In this document: one piece after another, positions 61,181 through 64,000 of the stretch
Layout of the letters: every line of letters begins with the position of its first letter
How positions within the stretch are numbered: position 1 is the stretch's first letter
DNA from: Oikopleura dioica
Taxonomy: Eukaryota > Animalia > Chordata
Assembly: GCA_907165135.1 (NCBI GenBank)
Contig: OU015566.1
Location: 12,896,001-12,960,000, forward strand
Length of the DNA: 64,000 bases
Direction: 5' to 3'
The notes under the pieces: model-generated
Databases searched by the model: none
Seen by the model: the letters and a program-made list of their open reading frames with translations, nothing else
What the model was told of the DNA's origin: nothing
Program-made: the position numbers and the translations under genes

Positions 61181-63286
61181 AAGATAAAAAGAGAGATTCT
61201 CATGAAGTGAATAAATTCTTGAAATTTTTTTTTTGAAATGATGCCTTATCCGCTGTAGCGATTAGAGCCAACGCCTTCTTCCAAAATCAACTATGACAAA
61301 TACGCTTCACCTAAAATTATTATAACGATCACTGAAGAAATCGACGAAGAAAATTTTTTTCCCAATTCTTTGAAAATGATGCTAACGTCACTGAGTTATC
61401 AATATCTGCCTACGGAAAGCCTTATTTTTATGAATTTCCATCAAAATCTCTGATTATCAATAAATAAGTTATTAAAAATCCGTTTCTTGTTTAAAATCAT
61501 CAGCAAGCTTAAATATTGAATTCGAGGTCAATAATTACGTTTAACCTTTTTCAATACTTTAATGGTTGTCGAAAAAAAGTCTTCAACGTGGATATCGTTT
61601 ATTTTTATTTACCGCTGAACAGAGCCCAAGAGTGTTCTTTTCAACAAATCTTGTCAGCTTGTTTTATTTATGCCAAATCGGAAAGGTCAGCTTTTGGCGC
61701 GGGCAATTAAGAAATTATTGAAAAGTTATTTTTTTTCTTGCAAAAAGGGATTTAAGAATCAATCAAATCCGGGTGAGGCAATTACTCCAACGTGTTCTTT
61801 CGTTAAATCGAACAAGCTTTTCAACTCTTGTTCAAAATAGAAGGAAAAAGAAAACAAATACAACACGTACAAGGAAAGTTATAAAGAGAGAAAAAGGGGT
61901 CGAAACAGTGGTAAAAACAACGTGCGAGACTAATCCAATGCCACCAAAGATATTCTCCGGAACTCTTAGCAATCTAGTCAAAAGGGCGTATCGTTCAAGA
62001 GACCCTTTCCTAACCTTTGAGAGAAATTGAAAAGAAAAATATAAACATTTGAATGAACACAAAATAAAATGATAAGTAACGCTTATCCTTGTTTACCATC
62101 CTTTCTTCCCCGTAAAAATCATGAGCGATAGAGCAATATAATATAGGCTATATAGGCCATATGATATAGGCTAAATCCTTATTTTTCAGGAAAGGCCTGG
62201 TTCTTCTGTAAAAGCAGAATCGATGTGGGAATCATTCACCTTTTCCAAAAAGAGTTTTGACAAATGTAGTGAAAATTCGAGACTGTATAAATATTAGCCT
62301 CTAACGAAGAGGTGTGAGCGAATATTCCATAATCTATTGAATAAAGGCTTTGATGCATAAATGTTAAAATTGCCTTAGCGAAAAAGAGATGTAAAAGTAT
62401 GTATTTCCTTTTGAAATGATGCCCAATCCGCATGGGATAACAGATCAGAAATAAAGATATGAAGAACAAGATTTTTTTAAATGAAACGAAAAGCAGATGT
62501 TGGACTGAAGCAAATAGCCCACCAATTTAGTGGCAACGAGTATATACAATTGTTTAGGAAAAATAGAGAATAGATGATCCTTATGTATACAGTATACAGT
62601 ATAAAATATATAATAAACTTGAAGAACAAAGAGGCCTTAAATTTGTTTCATTGCATCAACTCTGTATCAATGTCTGAAGCAGTTATCTCGTCCAAAAAGT
62701 GTTTTGAAAAAATGTATTAAAAATAAAAATCCTCACCGCGATACACGTTCTCCTCCGTGATTACATTATTCCACAATCTTGCGGTAGCTATCAAAATCTC
62801 CTTTCGAAATTCTTGCGCAAAAATCAGAAAAAAAAATCGAAAAAGTCCTCCGCGAGCGGGCGATAGCGCGCTATCGTGAGCGCTCAGCGTGCGCCGCCGC
62901 GCTAAGCGCATCGTGAAGTAACGGAAGAAAAAAATTAATACGAATCAAGAAGATCTAAAATTCTATCGATTTTATTTTTTATTGCAGAAAGAAGAAGAGG
63001 ATAGCTGTGAAGAAGTTTTTGAAAGAGCAAAAAATAATTCGATCAAAGCTAAAAAAATCACTTTTTGTCTGCTGAATATTTCAAATAGAGATCGACTGCT
63101 TCGTGTCTTGATTTTGAAGGTATGATATTCATCGTCAGTAACTGATTAGCAACGAATTAAATATGAATGAGAAAGCTACCGGACTACTTAAAATATTCCG
63201 AGTTAGAAAAAACCTGAAAAAGTTATATTTTCATTTTTAAATTGCTACTTATGGCGTGAGCTTAAAAACCTGTGTAAAACGTAATT

Positions 63287-63451
63287 CAGGGTCCTGAAAG
63301 GTTTAAATAAAAAGCCGCATAGCGGCTTAATTAATTTGAATAAACAAATTTGAATAATAGATAAAGATCGTATTTTTGGCGAAGCCGCTTTGCGGCTTCG
63401 TAATAAAAAAAGCCGCTACGCGGCTTTTGATTAAATCATTTCTGAACCCTT
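63287..63451. repeat. Short element with three AAGCCGC-n-GCGGCTT hairpins and cagggt...accct ends (MITE-like)
   Basis: aagccgcatagcggctt, gaagccgctttgcggcttc and aaaagccgctacgcggctttt. Terminal similarity is weak and no TSD was found. Confidence 0.55.
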
Positions 63452-64000
63452 AGTCAGGTTTTCTGTCAAGCCCTTATCAAACTATTTTATTCAAAGATAT
63501 ATTTTGTGCGCTAAAAAAATAACTTGATGAAACGCATTTGTCTAGATAGTAGGATCGCCCTAAGTTTTGCCAGGTGAAGAGTTGAGCGTGATTGAATTGA
63601 AAAAGACTCGGCTTTCTTTATACAATTTTGGCAGATGGATGGCAGCAATGTGAGGCCGATTAGTTCACAACTCGGGGATTGTTTGAGCGGCAGCGATTTG
63701 GAATAATAATTAAACGCATCTATCTTGTTGCGCCCCAATTTTCGCAGAAATTAGTTTCGAACAACCGTTTCTATGAAACTTTAAGGGGGTGGTGGTCAAG
63801 AAAATTTTTTTCGACTTTTTAAAATTTTGATATTATTTTTTGATTCCTTGATAAAAAAGGAGCATTTTTGGTCTCTAGCTTTTTTTGATTGGACCAACTT
63901 TATTTAAGAAAATTTTCGATTTTATGCTATAAAATCGCCATTTTTGGGGAATTTTGAAACGCGTTTTTTTTGCACTAAATTGATCAAAATTGATTTTTTA

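Noticed and set aside
61200-63280. Scattered short ORFs and an exon-like piece at ~62985-63120
   Set aside because: The region is AT-rich, with no recognisable domain or consistent splicing.
63781-64000. Possible transposon end beginning ttaagggggtggtggtc
   Set aside because: A partner end would lie outside the window, so TIR and TSD cannot be verified.

Overview
Eukaryotic, gene-dense genomic DNA. Most introns are about 40-50 nt, several splice donors are non-canonical (GC, GG, GA), and intergenic gaps are very short. This strongly suggests the tunicate Oikopleura dioica or a close relative (inferred from architecture, not from a database match). The window opens on the + strand with the 3' end of a cGMP-dependent kinase and a giant secreted protein (inactive PLA2-like domain, EGF repeats, ~150-residue poly-Thr, 17 tandem 108-bp EGF units, vWA). 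From ~10.8 to 57 kb there is an almost unbroken minus-strand run: BIR-BIR-RING IAP, a helical-repeat gene, LIN9, EVI5, PCGF, APPL-like, TECR, RAB14, ZFC3H1, DTL/Cdt2, TENT4, TUBGCP4 and MRPL16. PFDN6 follows on the + strand and a Cys-rich secreted gene on the minus strand. The standout is a 7,636-bp non-autonomous hAT-type element (34930-42565) with identical 140-bp TIRs and a perfect 8-bp TSD. It has no recognisable transposase but carries decayed pieces of several host genes (PPM1D/Wip1, PLOD, RPL12 and others) plus nested MITEs. It inserted between bases +1 and +2 of a 46-nt intron that splits the ZFC3H1 zinc finger. The TSD G plus the TIR T rebuild a GT donor, so the host gene may remain spliceable. 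Gene models were built by eye and their ends are approximate. No rRNA, tRNA or CRISPR array was recognised.
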